Part shown: one piece after another, positions 1 through 7,603 of the stretch
How positions within the stretch are numbered: the stretch's first letter is position 1
Layout: the number at the start of each line of letters is the position of its first letter
IMG/VR virus record: IMGVR_UViG_3300020045_006068
Coordinates: 1 to 24,530 of that record
Reading direction: 5' to 3' (one strand)
DNA from: a virus
Taxonomy: Duplodnaviria; Caudoviricetes
DNA: 24,530 bases
Notes under the pieces: model-generated
The model's input: only the letters and a program-made list of their open reading frames with translations
Database searches by the model: none
Told to the model about the DNA's origin: nothing
Position numbers and translations under genes: made by a program

Positions 1-9
1 CATCCATAA

Positions 10-381
10 TTTCTCTTTCACGATACACTACCCCCCTCATTCCTTGAACCGGCTTTTGGTGATAAAGCTAAGGATATTTCACCTGACTACAAAAAAGCGG
101 CGGAAATACTAGATAACCATTATGAAGTTTACCAGATTGCAATCAAGAAATATGGTGAAAAAACAAATGAGTTACAAAAAATGATAAAAACAGCAAATGC
201 AAATATACGCGATTCTGCTGAAAAATTGTCTCAAGGGTTGAGCAAGTGCGAAAAATCTGCAAATTTTAATAATCTTGAGAGATATGTTCTTTTGCTCGAA
301 AGGGCGGCTAGCGCTGTGAAAATACTAGGTGAATTAGAAAGCACTGGAAAGCTTGAAAAAATATCTAATGCGTTAAAGTAA
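10..381 (+). CDS. hypothetical protein, start uncertain (first ATG at 181; frame open from 10)
   Basis: Frame 1 is open 10..381 with protein-like sequence (LEPAFGDKAKDISPDYKKAAEIL...); in-frame TAA at 7-9; C6 run at 31-36 may mark a frameshift. Confidence 0.5.
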   Translation, partial: FLFHDTLPPSFLEPAFGDKAKDISPDYKKAAEILDNHYEVYQIAIKKYGEKTNELQKMIKTANANIRDSAEKLSQGLSKCEKSANFNNLERYVLLLERAASAVKILGELESTGKLEKISNALK

Positions 382-439
382 CAACCACTTGATTTAAAAC
401 ACATCAAAATCAACTTTCCGAATTACGGTTAAATAAAAT

Positions 440-1012
440 ATGAACAAAAACTACCACGGGCAACACCCGACAAAGACAAACACAAAACTGATTTCCCTTG
501 CTTTTGCATTGGCGTTTCTGTCCTGCCTGCCATCGCACGAGACAAAAGCGGCTACCTTTAATCTGGGCAATTTCCCTGGATCTTCAAGCTTTGGCGATGC
601 GGATGCAAATAGCGCACCGATTCAGGGCTATAACCTACTGCCAAGCAATGGCAACTTTAAAGACGACTGGAATTTTACCGTTAGCCAAAACAACGGCGGC
701 AGCTCAAACGTTGCAATCACCGGAATAGGCCAAGTCAACATTGACAACCTAGCCGCAAGCATAGGCGGGCTGGGCTTTTCCCCGCTGTATAAAGACAGCA
801 CAAATGAGCTGATTGGGCTTAATTTTGGCATACTGCCAGTGGGAAATTACACGCTGACGGTGACAGGATCGCTTAGCGCAAGCAATGCGACGCACAGCTA
901 CAGTGGAAACTTGATAATTGACACTCCCAAGGTTGCGGCTACCCCTTTACCGGCTGCTTTTTGGATGTTTGGGGTTGGTGTTGTTGCACTGACAAGGGCA
1001 TGTAAAAAGTAA
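440..1012 (+). CDS. PEP-CTERM/VPLPA-CTERM-like sorted surface protein (FxDxF-type)
   Basis: N-terminal signal peptide (LISLAFALAFLSCLPSHETKA); FKDDWNF motif; G-N-Y-T-L-T-V-T-G...Y-S-G strands; C-terminal TPLPAAFWMFGVGVVAL hydrophobic segment plus basic tail RACKK. Confidence 0.85.
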   Translation: MNKNYHGQHPTKTNTKLISLAFALAFLSCLPSHETKAATFNLGNFPGSSSFGDADANSAPIQGYNLLPSNGNFKDDWNFTVSQNNGGSSNVAITGIGQVNIDNLAASIGGLGFSPLYKDSTNELIGLNFGILPVGNYTLTVTGSLSASNATHSYSGNLIIDTPKVAATPLPAAFWMFGVGVVALTRACKK

Positions 1013-1022
1013 ATCAACCGCG

Positions 1023-1162
1023 CACGGCGGTGGACTAGCTCCGCAACCGTGACCCTGCCGACTGGATAGTGTGGGGATTCTGAAAAACTTCCAGATGCCG
1101 CTGGGCTTTAGATGTTTGTGTCCTTCCTTCAACATGGTTAAAGGGGCGCAAGACGGTTGCGG
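1023..1162 (+). ncRNA. candidate structured RNA (multi-stem, unknown family)
   Basis: Perfect 10-bp helix 1041-1050/1153-1162 enclosing hairpins at 1053-1076, 1079-1095 and 1116-1151 (G-U pairs on the + strand); GC-rich relative to the downstream AT-rich DNA. Confidence 0.4.
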
Positions 1163-1167
1163 CGGCG

Positions 1168-1212
1168 AATTAGATTTAAAAAATTAGATTAATAACATAT
1201 AATTGAATTAGA
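1168..1212 (+). promoter_or_regulatory. putative promoter of the 1252-6773 operon with AATTAGA x3
   Basis: TATAAT at 1198-1203; AATTAGA at 1168, 1182 and 1206; very AT-rich. Confidence 0.4.
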
Positions 1213-1251
1213 ATATTCCATAAAAATAATATTTAATAAAGGGCTAACGGC

Positions 1252-1449
1252 ATGTTTATCAACTCAGATCGTGATTGGCTGCAAGTAAATATGCCGGATT
1301 TCACGCCGGATGATTATGTATTCTTTACTAACAAAATGGACATGATTGATGGTGACTACACCACGGCAACAAAACTGGAATGGTCACGCAAGCAAGCGTT
1401 AACAGACCTGAAAGAGTTTAAAAAACGCAACCTTGGCAGGAATTTTTGA
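1252..1449 (+). CDS. hypothetical protein (65 aa)
   Basis: ATG after AAGGG; first of a coupled series (TGATG overlap with the next ORF). Confidence 0.65.
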   Translation: MFINSDRDWLQVNMPDFTPDDYVFFTNKMDMIDGDYTTATKLEWSRKQALTDLKEFKKRNLGRNF

Positions 1450-1574
1450 TGAATCCAATAACTAATTTTTGGACAGAGGCGCGGCTTTACGAAATGGCGC
1501 AGTGGTGCATTAACCATGACCAGATCAACGCCGCGATTGAGTATTACAAGTTGGCCTTTAGGTGGTATGGATGA
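1449..1574 (+). CDS. small hypothetical protein (41 aa, MNPITNFWTEARLYEMAQW...)
   Basis: Not in the ORF track; TGATG overlap upstream and ATGA overlap downstream; fills the gap exactly. Confidence 0.55.
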   Translation: MNPITNFWTEARLYEMAQWCINHDQINAAIEYYKLAFRWYG

Positions 1575-1990
1575 TAAAAAAAATATTGCTGGCGTTGTTA
1601 TTGTCGGCTTCTGCACAGGCCAACGCAGAAATAAAGCTGCTGCCATATTATGCCGTTGGCTATGATTTTGGCGGCGGCGTAAATGTGTATCTGCCGGATG
1701 TGCTGGTTGACAATTACGCGCATATCGGCGCGACGGTTGCATTTAATTACGACGGAACTTATACGATCCTGCCGACAAGCGGACAACCAAACATAACGCA
1801 CAAAGGTCTTGCCAGCCAGTTTGTGAGCAGCCTTAACACTTTGTGGATTCCATTCATGGCCTTCAATGGCCATTTTTACAGCGCACGGGTTTGGGTTCTT
1901 CCGCACCAACGCTACGACGCTGCATTGACTGAGATAAATTGCAATGCTGCGCCTAAGCCTTATGTTTGCTCTATTTCGGGGGTTCTATGA
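1571..1990 (+). CDS. secreted beta-rich protein with two internal repeats
   Basis: Signal peptide MIKKILLALLLSASAQANA; ATG 1571 preferred over GTG 1562 (ATGA coupling); segments VNVYLPDVLVDN and NTLWIPFMAFNG look like repeats. Confidence 0.75.
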   Translation: MIKKILLALLLSASAQANAEIKLLPYYAVGYDFGGGVNVYLPDVLVDNYAHIGATVAFNYDGTYTILPTSGQPNITHKGLASQFVSSLNTLWIPFMAFNGHFYSARVWVLPHQRYDAALTEINCNAAPKPYVCSISGVL

Positions 1991-2175
1991 AAGGTTACAC
2001 ATTAATACTCGGCGCATTGCCAGAAACGCTTGAAAAAAGGGTGAATGAATTGTTGTCGCAAGGTAAGGCGCTGCACGGCGGCACGTTTATGGACGCTGAC
2101 GGGTGCTATTGCCAAGCATTGATTGATGATGACCGCAGCAAGTGCGCCGGGAGGTGCGTTGACGATGGGAAATGA
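1987..2175 (+). CDS. DUF1737-like small protein
   Basis: Pattern Y-x-L-I...LEKRVNELLSQG-x-x-L-x-GG...YCQAL resembles DUF1737; ATGA coupling at 1987. Confidence 0.7.
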   Translation: MKGYTLILGALPETLEKRVNELLSQGKALHGGTFMDADGCYCQALIDDDRSKCAGRCVDDGK

Positions 2176-2252
2176 CTATGGGCGTTGAGGCAATTGTTAG
2201 CGGCGTGGTGGCGTGGTTTTTGTTGGTTTGGATTCGTGAGTGGAGGGGTTAG
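2172..2252 (+). CDS. tiny single-TM peptide (26 aa)
   Basis: MTMGVEAIVSGVVAWFLLVWIREWRG; ATGA coupling; fills the gap. Confidence 0.4.
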   Translation: MTMGVEAIVSGVVAWFLLVWIREWRG

Positions 2253-2518
2253 TGATATTTTTTATATTCTTGGCGTGTGCGATGGTTGGGCAGGTTGCGC
2301 ACTGGATCAGCGGGGCAGCAAGCCGTGATATTTTAGTGAGTTATTTTGACTATATGCGTTCGCACCCTTACAACACATTTAGCGCTTTGGTAGCCCTAAA
2401 TGTGGCCGTTGTCGGCATGATTGCGGGTGGGCTTGTTGAGCTGACGACGCAAAACGCTGCGATGGCAATCATGGCTGGGTATACGTGCGATTCACTTTTT
2501 AATAGGTTTCCAAAATGA
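2240..2518 (+). CDS. multi-TM membrane protein, holin candidate
   Basis: Two to three hydrophobic segments; C-terminal AGYTCDSLFN; start may be GTG 2252 after GGAGG at 2242-2246. Confidence 0.6.
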   Translation: MEGLVIFFIFLACAMVGQVAHWISGAASRDILVSYFDYMRSHPYNTFSALVALNVAVVGMIAGGLVELTTQNAAMAIMAGYTCDSLFNRFPK

Positions 2519-2685
2519 TCGAGCTATTGGCCTTGGGCGGTTGGGTGTGTGCGCTGGTAGGCTGGCTTGAGGCCATGCGCAACAAGCAGATGTACAAAGA
2601 TTCAGAAAGTAGGGCAATGGATTATTTCCAGAAAAATGCCCTTTTGTTGTTAAAGATAAACAAAATTACGAGCCTTTTAAAATGA
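2515..2685 (+). CDS. small N-terminal-TM protein (56 aa)
   Basis: MIELLALGGWVCALVGWLEAMRNK...; ATGA overlaps at both ends. Confidence 0.55.
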   Translation: MIELLALGGWVCALVGWLEAMRNKQMYKDSESRAMDYFQKNALLLLKINKITSLLK

Positions 2686-2996
2686 AAAAATTATTGATTA
2701 CAGCGCTATTGCTGGCAAGCTTTAGCGCAAGTGCAGAAAAAGTGTTTACCAATGTTTTTGGGCAAAACGTGTATCTGGATGTACCCACCGTATTTTCAAC
2801 GTTGCCGACAGTCAAGTTAAGCAATGGCGTGTCTGTGCTGACCGTGCCGGTGCTGGATTTTTTCGGGGTGCGCAGCAATGGCGAGGTGTTGCTTTATCCT
2901 GATGGGCATTACACCTACTCAATCAAGCAGTGGGACTGCGCCAAGCTTGGATTGATTGACAATGCTGACTTAAAGACGGCGTGTGAATTTAAATGA
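2682..2996 (+). CDS. secreted protein, possible paralogue of 1571..1990
   Basis: Signal peptide MKKLLITALLLASFSASA; VSVLTVPVLDFFG...YPDGHYTY resembles VNVYLPDVLVDN...NYDGTYTI. Confidence 0.75.
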   Translation: MKKLLITALLLASFSASAEKVFTNVFGQNVYLDVPTVFSTLPTVKLSNGVSVLTVPVLDFFGVRSNGEVLLYPDGHYTYSIKQWDCAKLGLIDNADLKTACEFK

Positions 2997-3652
2997 AATT
3001 CATCAAGGCGTTTTTTATAACTTGGTGGACGATTGTAGTTTCATTCGCGCTGTGGATTCCTGAGCGCATTTTGTGGTTGCTTGGGTTGCCTTTGGTGGCC
3101 ATTGCCTTGCCTTTTGCCCATGTTCATCCAACTAAATTGACTCGTGACGGCAAGCTGCTTTGGGTGTTGCCGTTTTGGGCGGATTGGTTGTTTGGAAATC
3201 AGGATGATGGGACTGGCGACATTAATAGCGCCGTCAATGATCGTGGCTGGTCATGCTGGGAATCGTATATACAGGAAGATTTCTGGGGACAGTGGCACTG
3301 GCTTGCTGTGAAGAACCCATTGCACAACATGAACCACAATATTTGGCTATACAACTGCAATTTTAACCGCGCAAAAAAAGTTGATTGGGCTGGCTCAGAA
3401 AACGTTGACAACCGATTGGATGCCAACGGAAAGCTAATGTCTGGATTTCAGTGTGTGTGGGCAAGTGGATCATGGCTCTATTTCAGGAGCGGTATTTACT
3501 GGATATTGCCGCTATGGTCTGGGCGTTGCTTGCGTTTACGCCTCGGTGCAAAAATCCAGCCCAGGCATATGATTGAATCAATCCGTGAAAAAGAGCCAGT
3601 TGTTCTTTGGACGCTAAGCTTTTCACCATATAAACGAGTTATTACCCAATAA
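2993..3652 (+). CDS. Trp-rich phage membrane protein of unknown function
   Basis: N-terminal TM segments; LPFWADWLFGNQDDGTGD...GW...WxWLAVKNP pattern recalled from uncharacterised phage proteins. Confidence 0.7.
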   Translation: MKFIKAFFITWWTIVVSFALWIPERILWLLGLPLVAIALPFAHVHPTKLTRDGKLLWVLPFWADWLFGNQDDGTGDINSAVNDRGWSCWESYIQEDFWGQWHWLAVKNPLHNMNHNIWLYNCNFNRAKKVDWAGSENVDNRLDANGKLMSGFQCVWASGSWLYFRSGIYWILPLWSGRCLRLRLGAKIQPRHMIESIREKEPVVLWTLSFSPYKRVITQ

Positions 3653-3667
3653 TTTCAGGATAACACC

Positions 3668-4018
3668 ATGTTCGGACTATCAATAGCAGGCATAGCCTAC
3701 GGAAGCATAGCGGCGTTAATTGTTGGCCTTTACGCCTATGCAAAATACAAGTCATACAAATATGAAAAAGCCAGCGATGAGCGTTTCGCGGAAAAGATTA
3801 GGGCAATGCAGGCTGAGCACAGGCTGGCAAAACGCACAGAACTAGATGCAGAACTTGACGCACAACACGAATCAGCACGGCTTACAAGAAGAGCGCAATA
3901 TGAAAAATATCAAAAAAACACTTCTGCCCGTGATGATCTTGACAATAGCGGCCTGTTCGACGGAACGGCAAATCAGGTATGTATCGACACCCCTCCCGAT
4001 TCCGGCGTGTCCGGTTGA
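3668..4018 (+). CDS. putative inner-membrane spanin (Rz-like)
   Basis: N-terminal TM followed by a charged helical region; overlapped by a lipoprotein gene in another frame. Confidence 0.65.
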   Translation: MFGLSIAGIAYGSIAALIVGLYAYAKYKSYKYEKASDERFAEKIRAMQAEHRLAKRTELDAELDAQHESARLTRRAQYEKYQKNTSARDDLDNSGLFDGTANQVCIDTPPDSGVSG

Positions 4019-4157
4019 TTTGCCGGTGGTCAGGGGCGCTGAATTGGGGTGCTTGAGTGATGACGCATACTGGCGGATCAAACAGCGGGACATGTTGCTG
4101 AAGCAGTGCATCAGTGAGCAGCGGGTTATTATTAAGTCCACGCACGAGGGTAAATAA
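3900..4157 (+). CDS. putative outer-membrane spanin lipoprotein (Rz1-like)
   Basis: ATG 3900; MKNIKKTLLPVMILTIAAC lipobox (Cys19); Pro-rich PLPIPACPVDLP; overlaps the 3' end of the i-spanin candidate. Confidence 0.7.
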   Translation: MKNIKKTLLPVMILTIAACSTERQIRYVSTPLPIPACPVDLPVVRGAELGCLSDDAYWRIKQRDMLLKQCISEQRVIIKSTHEGK

Positions 4158-4159
4158 AT

Positions 4160-4324
4160 ATGAACAAGTATACTTTTTTAGTGATTATCACTGACGAAAA
4201 AATAATTAACACGACAGAACTACCGGATAAAGAGTTTTTACTGAACAAAATATCATACGCGATTCATTGCGCAGATATTGAAGCAAAAATAGACTGCATA
4301 AAGCAGGAAATCGGGATTATTTGA
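4160..4324 (+). CDS. hypothetical protein (54 aa)
   Basis: ATG after GAGGG; MNKYTFLVIITDEKII...; TGATG coupling to the next ORF. Confidence 0.55.
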   Translation: MNKYTFLVIITDEKIINTTELPDKEFLLNKISYAIHCADIEAKIDCIKQEIGII

Positions 4325-4485
4325 TGCCGCACGAATGGAGCCACGAATCTCTGTATCACTACTCATGCGCATCATGTAGCAAGTGGTGGTCGGTGTCTGA
4401 AATGCGCCCATGTGCTGATATCAACGTAACCTGCCCGCATTGTGGGCATAGCGACATAGCAACGGAGAAAGCCAGTGACCTTTGA
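4324..4485 (+). CDS. small zinc-ribbon protein (53 aa)
   Basis: YHYSCASCSKWWS...TCPHCGH, two CxxC pairs; not in the ORF track. Confidence 0.7.
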   Translation: MPHEWSHESLYHYSCASCSKWWSVSEMRPCADINVTCPHCGHSDIATEKASDL

Positions 4486-4573
4486 AAACTTTTTAGTTTT
4501 ATGCGCGATATTCGCGGGTGCTGTGTGCCTGCTTGAAGCGGTGATTGAAGACTTTACAAAAGGTGACAGATGA
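4475..4573 (+). CDS. tiny single-TM peptide (32 aa)
   Basis: GTG after GGAG; FLVLCAIFAGAVCLL; ATGA overlap with the next ORF. Confidence 0.4.
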   Translation: MTFENFLVLCAIFAGAVCLLEAVIEDFTKGDR

Positions 4574-4785
4574 CAATAGAGCAGGCGTTTTTGGCGGCAA
4601 TATCAGCAATGGCCGCAGCCATTGTTGCATTGTGGCGCAAGGGTGAGGCTTCGGAACGCAGGTGCCATGAGGATCGAGACAGGTTATGGGCGGCATTGCT
4701 TGAGCAAAATAAGGCCAGTTGCTCGATAAGCGAATGCCTGGTGAGAAGAAAGCTGCCGCTCAATGATGTAATAGGGAAAGATTGA
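4570..4785 (+). CDS. small N-terminal-TM protein, holin-like candidate
   Basis: AFLAAISAMAAAIVALW then a charged tail; in the lysis region. Confidence 0.6.
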   Translation: MTIEQAFLAAISAMAAAIVALWRKGEASERRCHEDRDRLWAALLEQNKASCSISECLVRRKLPLNDVIGKD

Positions 4786-5033
4786 TGCCGACACACGACG
4801 AATGCAACCAATTGGCACGAGAAAATTCGGCGCGTGAACGGGAATCAGCCCTACAGGCCATGAGAATAACTAATCTTGAGTCAAATTATGCGGAAATCAG
4901 GCAAAAGCTAGAAGAATTGCATGATGACATGATTAAGCGCAACACGATTATCGGCGCTACGATGTTCATCACAACCGGCATGGTTTCGGCTGGCTGGGCA
5001 GTGTTTAACTATTTTATCAAGGGAAGCCAATGA
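4785..5033 (+). CDS. coiled-coil plus C-terminal TM protein (XhlA-like architecture)
   Basis: Heptad-like RITNLESNYAEIRQKLEELHDDM followed by a hydrophobic C-terminus; TGATG coupling. Confidence 0.65.
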   Translation: MPTHDECNQLARENSARERESALQAMRITNLESNYAEIRQKLEELHDDMIKRNTIIGATMFITTGMVSAGWAVFNYFIKGSQ

Positions 5034-5194
5034 CAAAAAATTTACGTATTGCAGACTTCGGATTGATGGCGGTGCTGTTTGTGGTGCTGGCGCCTGTTGT
5101 GGTTTTTAAGGCTTACTCAAAAGAGATTGCGGCTATTGCTGCGTTCTCGCTGTTCTGTTTAGTGGTTTTGTATCACAGGGGCAGCGGATGCTAA
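5030..5194 (+). CDS. two-TM small protein (54 aa), holin candidate
   Basis: MTKNLRIADFGLMAVLFVVLAPVVVFKAYSKEIAAIAAFSLFCLVVLYHRGSGC; directly overlaps the endolysin start. Confidence 0.55.
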   Translation: MTKNLRIADFGLMAVLFVVLAPVVVFKAYSKEIAAIAAFSLFCLVVLYHRGSGC

Positions 5195-5769
5195 AGATAG
5201 ACCGCAAGCGATTTTTTACCGAATACCGGAATAACTGGGGCGTAATGAGCCAGTCAATGGTTAACGGGCTTGAATCATTGCTGCTCAATATCGAGTCGGA
5301 CGACACGATTAAAGACAAGCGCTGGGCTAGTTATATTCTGGCCACCGTTAAACATGAATGCTCCGACACTTGGCAACCAATCATTGAGCGCGGCGGGCGT
5401 GATTACTTTGACAGGTACGAAAAAGGCACAGTTATCGGTAGGCGGCTGGGAAATACAGAAAAAGGCGATGGGTATAAATACAGGGGGCGCGGCTATTGTC
5501 AAATCACGGGACGGGCAAATTACCACAACATGGCCTTGATACTTGGGATTGACATGATTAACCGCCCAGAAACTGCGCTAGATCCAGACGTTGCCTACAA
5601 AATAATGTCCTACGGAATGCGCAACGGGACATTTACGGGCAAAAAGTTGGGCGACTATATCAACAAAAAGACGTGTGATTATGTTGGGGCCCGTAAAATC
5701 ATCAACGGCACTGACTGTGATCGAAAAATAGCAAATTACGCTGAGCGGTTTGAGGAAATCCTGAAATGA
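5188..5769 (+). CDS. endolysin, glycoside hydrolase family 19
   Basis: YILATVKHE, LGN...GDGYKYRGRGYCQITGRANY and ARKIING motifs. Confidence 0.93.
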   Translation: MLKIDRKRFFTEYRNNWGVMSQSMVNGLESLLLNIESDDTIKDKRWASYILATVKHECSDTWQPIIERGGRDYFDRYEKGTVIGRRLGNTEKGDGYKYRGRGYCQITGRANYHNMALILGIDMINRPETALDPDVAYKIMSYGMRNGTFTGKKLGDYINKKTCDYVGARKIINGTDCDRKIANYAERFEEILK

Positions 5770-6773
5770 AATACGATATTGACGCACTGACAAGAGATGT
5801 TGAAGAAATAACCAAGGCGGTTGAAAAAATGGCGAACTCGGTTGCGGTTGACAAGCTTGGTGATGCAATACAGCGCCTGAAAGCTGTTGTTTTTGGTGGC
5901 GGTGTTGGTGGCGGTGGCAGCGGAGCTGCTGCATTGCCGCAAGCCGTGCGGTCAATATTTAATGTGGACGTGTCGGCATTGCCCGTGCATCCGTATAGCG
6001 CCGGATGGATTGCAAGCATGGGACGAGGCCCACTAAAAGCAGATTTCGGGAGCGGCCTATGGGAAGGCGCGAAGATAGGCATCCCGATAACCAAAGGCAC
6101 ACTGGCGGCGCGCGAAAAGTTTACGTTTAACTATGCGGATGAAAGCGACAACGTGCCTTATCCGGTGGGGGAAATTGAAGGAAACAGCACAGGCACTGGC
6201 GACAGGCACAGCGTCTACTTGGACACGCTCGAAAACAAGCTGTATGAGATGCACAACGTGGACATTGCGACAAAAACAGCCGGAAGCGGTGCGGTTTTTG
6301 ACCTGAACACGCTGGCAATGCGTGCTTGGGGCTGGACGAGCGCCGACGCGGCAGGCTTGCCGATCATGCCGCTATTGGTCACCAAAGAAGAGGTTGACGC
6401 AGGCGAGATAAAGCACCCGATCCGCATAACAGCAAGCAAGATACACGGCTCAATGCTACCCGCTTCGCACATGGTCAAGCCAGAGCTGGGTATGGTTTAC
6501 CCTGACTGGGTGGCGATGGGCGCATGGGCAAGGCTCAAGGCTGATTTTGACATCACGCCTTATCCTTTCGATATTCAGGTTATTTTGAAAGCCATGAAAA
6601 AGCACGGTGTGATTGTGGCGGATGTGGGAAGTGACTGGTATTTTAGCGGCGTGCCAGATGAGTCTTGGGTAAATGACAATCTTGGCTTGCTTAAAAAAGT
6701 GGTTGGGAGTGATTTTGATTTCTTGGACACATCGTCGTTGGGCATGACTTCTAAAAATTATTTGTTGCCTTGA
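5766..6773 (+). CDS. uncharacterised protein: helical leader, Gly linker, 'WTSADAAGLP' domain
   Basis: Motifs YADESD, GDRH, LYE, GSGAVFDL, GWTSADAAGLP, MGxxxRLK, ADxGSDWY; no signal peptide; ATGA-coupled to the endolysin. Confidence 0.8.
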   Translation: MKYDIDALTRDVEEITKAVEKMANSVAVDKLGDAIQRLKAVVFGGGVGGGGSGAAALPQAVRSIFNVDVSALPVHPYSAGWIASMGRGPLKADFGSGLWEGAKIGIPITKGTLAAREKFTFNYADESDNVPYPVGEIEGNSTGTGDRHSVYLDTLENKLYEMHNVDIATKTAGSGAVFDLNTLAMRAWGWTSADAAGLPIMPLLVTKEEVDAGEIKHPIRITASKIHGSMLPASHMVKPELGMVYPDWVAMGAWARLKADFDITPYPFDIQVILKAMKKHGVIVADVGSDWYFSGVPDESWVNDNLGLLKKVVGSDFDFLDTSSLGMTSKNYLLP

Positions 6774-6774
6774 C

Positions 6775-6818
6775 AAAAATATAGGGGAATTTATCCCCTA
6801 TATTCCCATATATTTTTT
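6775..6818. terminator. probable bidirectional intrinsic terminator
   Basis: 11-bp stem AATATAGGGGA/TCCCCTATATT (6778-6804) between convergent genes, with an A run before and a T run after. Confidence 0.7.
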
Positions 6819-6830
6819 GAATTTATGTTA

Positions 6831-7562
6831 TCAGATGAAAAAGCTTAACTGCAAAGGTTGACCCAAGAACGAAGATGCTGCACGAGCCTCAAAGTCTATT
6901 CTTGATTGGCAAGCGCGGGCAAGGCCGGTAACTGCATCTATTTGTTTTGTCAATGCTGCTCTCCCGCCTTCTTGCGTAAACCATTGATGACGCCTTACTT
7001 CATCACCACTTGGAACAAGGTCACGCAATTCTGGCGGCAAAACAATATCGTATACCCATTTTCGGGTTATTTGGCCACAATAGGGCGGCGTGTGGTTGTT
7101 TCCTGTAAAAACTTGGCCATACAACCTCATTATGGCCTGATAAAATTCTGGGGGATAAAGCCGAACCCATTCTGACGGCGCATCAAGCAGCATGAATTTT
7201 TTGTATTCTTCGATGATTTCATAGCGGCTATAAACTTTTTTCAGCTCTTCACGCATCCTAAAAAATTCATCGGTAATGCGGTCTTTGAAATCCATAGTTT
7301 CTTCAGTGTTAGAAACATACTGGATAAGCGTTAAGAATTGCCGCTCATTTAGTAATATGCTTTTTTCTGGTCGCCCACCTTTGCCGCCGTTTTTTAGTTT
7401 AGCGATTTCAAATCGCAAAACCCCATAACGCTCAAATCGGTCTTTACGCTGCTCAATAATGTCTTTTATATTTTTATGAGAAGCGTAACCAAATTGTTTC
7501 CAAACATCTGCCGTTTTTACTACTGGGGCTCCGTCTATCATGGTAACTATAATTTCATTCAT
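6831..7562 (-). CDS. Rha-family N-terminal domain fused to P63C domain (antirepressor-like regulator)
   Basis: N-terminal F...HKNI...I...GGRP...LLNERQF; C-terminal WVRLYPPEFYQAIMRLYG...PPYCGQIT..WVYD...RRHQWFT, as in P63C. Confidence 0.85.
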   Translation of the reverse strand: MNEIIVTMIDGAPVVKTADVWKQFGYASHKNIKDIIEQRKDRFERYGVLRFEIAKLKNGGKGGRPEKSILLNERQFLTLIQYVSNTEETMDFKDRITDEFFRMREELKKVYSRYEIIEEYKKFMLLDAPSEWVRLYPPEFYQAIMRLYGQVFTGNNHTPPYCGQITRKWVYDIVLPPELRDLVPSGDEVRRHQWFTQEGGRAALTKQIDAVTGLARACQSRIDFEARAASSFLGQPLQLSFFI

Positions 7563-7594
7563 TGTTTCTTCCTGTTTTGTTTTAATGAAAAATA

Positions 7595-7603
7595 ATTATA
7601 ACA
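7595..7603 (-). promoter_or_regulatory. extended -10 promoter of the rha-P63C gene
   Basis: Minus strand TG-T-TATAAT; AGGAAG RBS at 7568-7573. Confidence 0.55.

Noticed and set aside
382-413. IHF-like site CAACCACTTGATT and TTGATTT/AAATCAA repeat as a sigma54-type PEP-CTERM promoter
   Set aside because: No -24/-12 element visible; matches are short and AT-rich.
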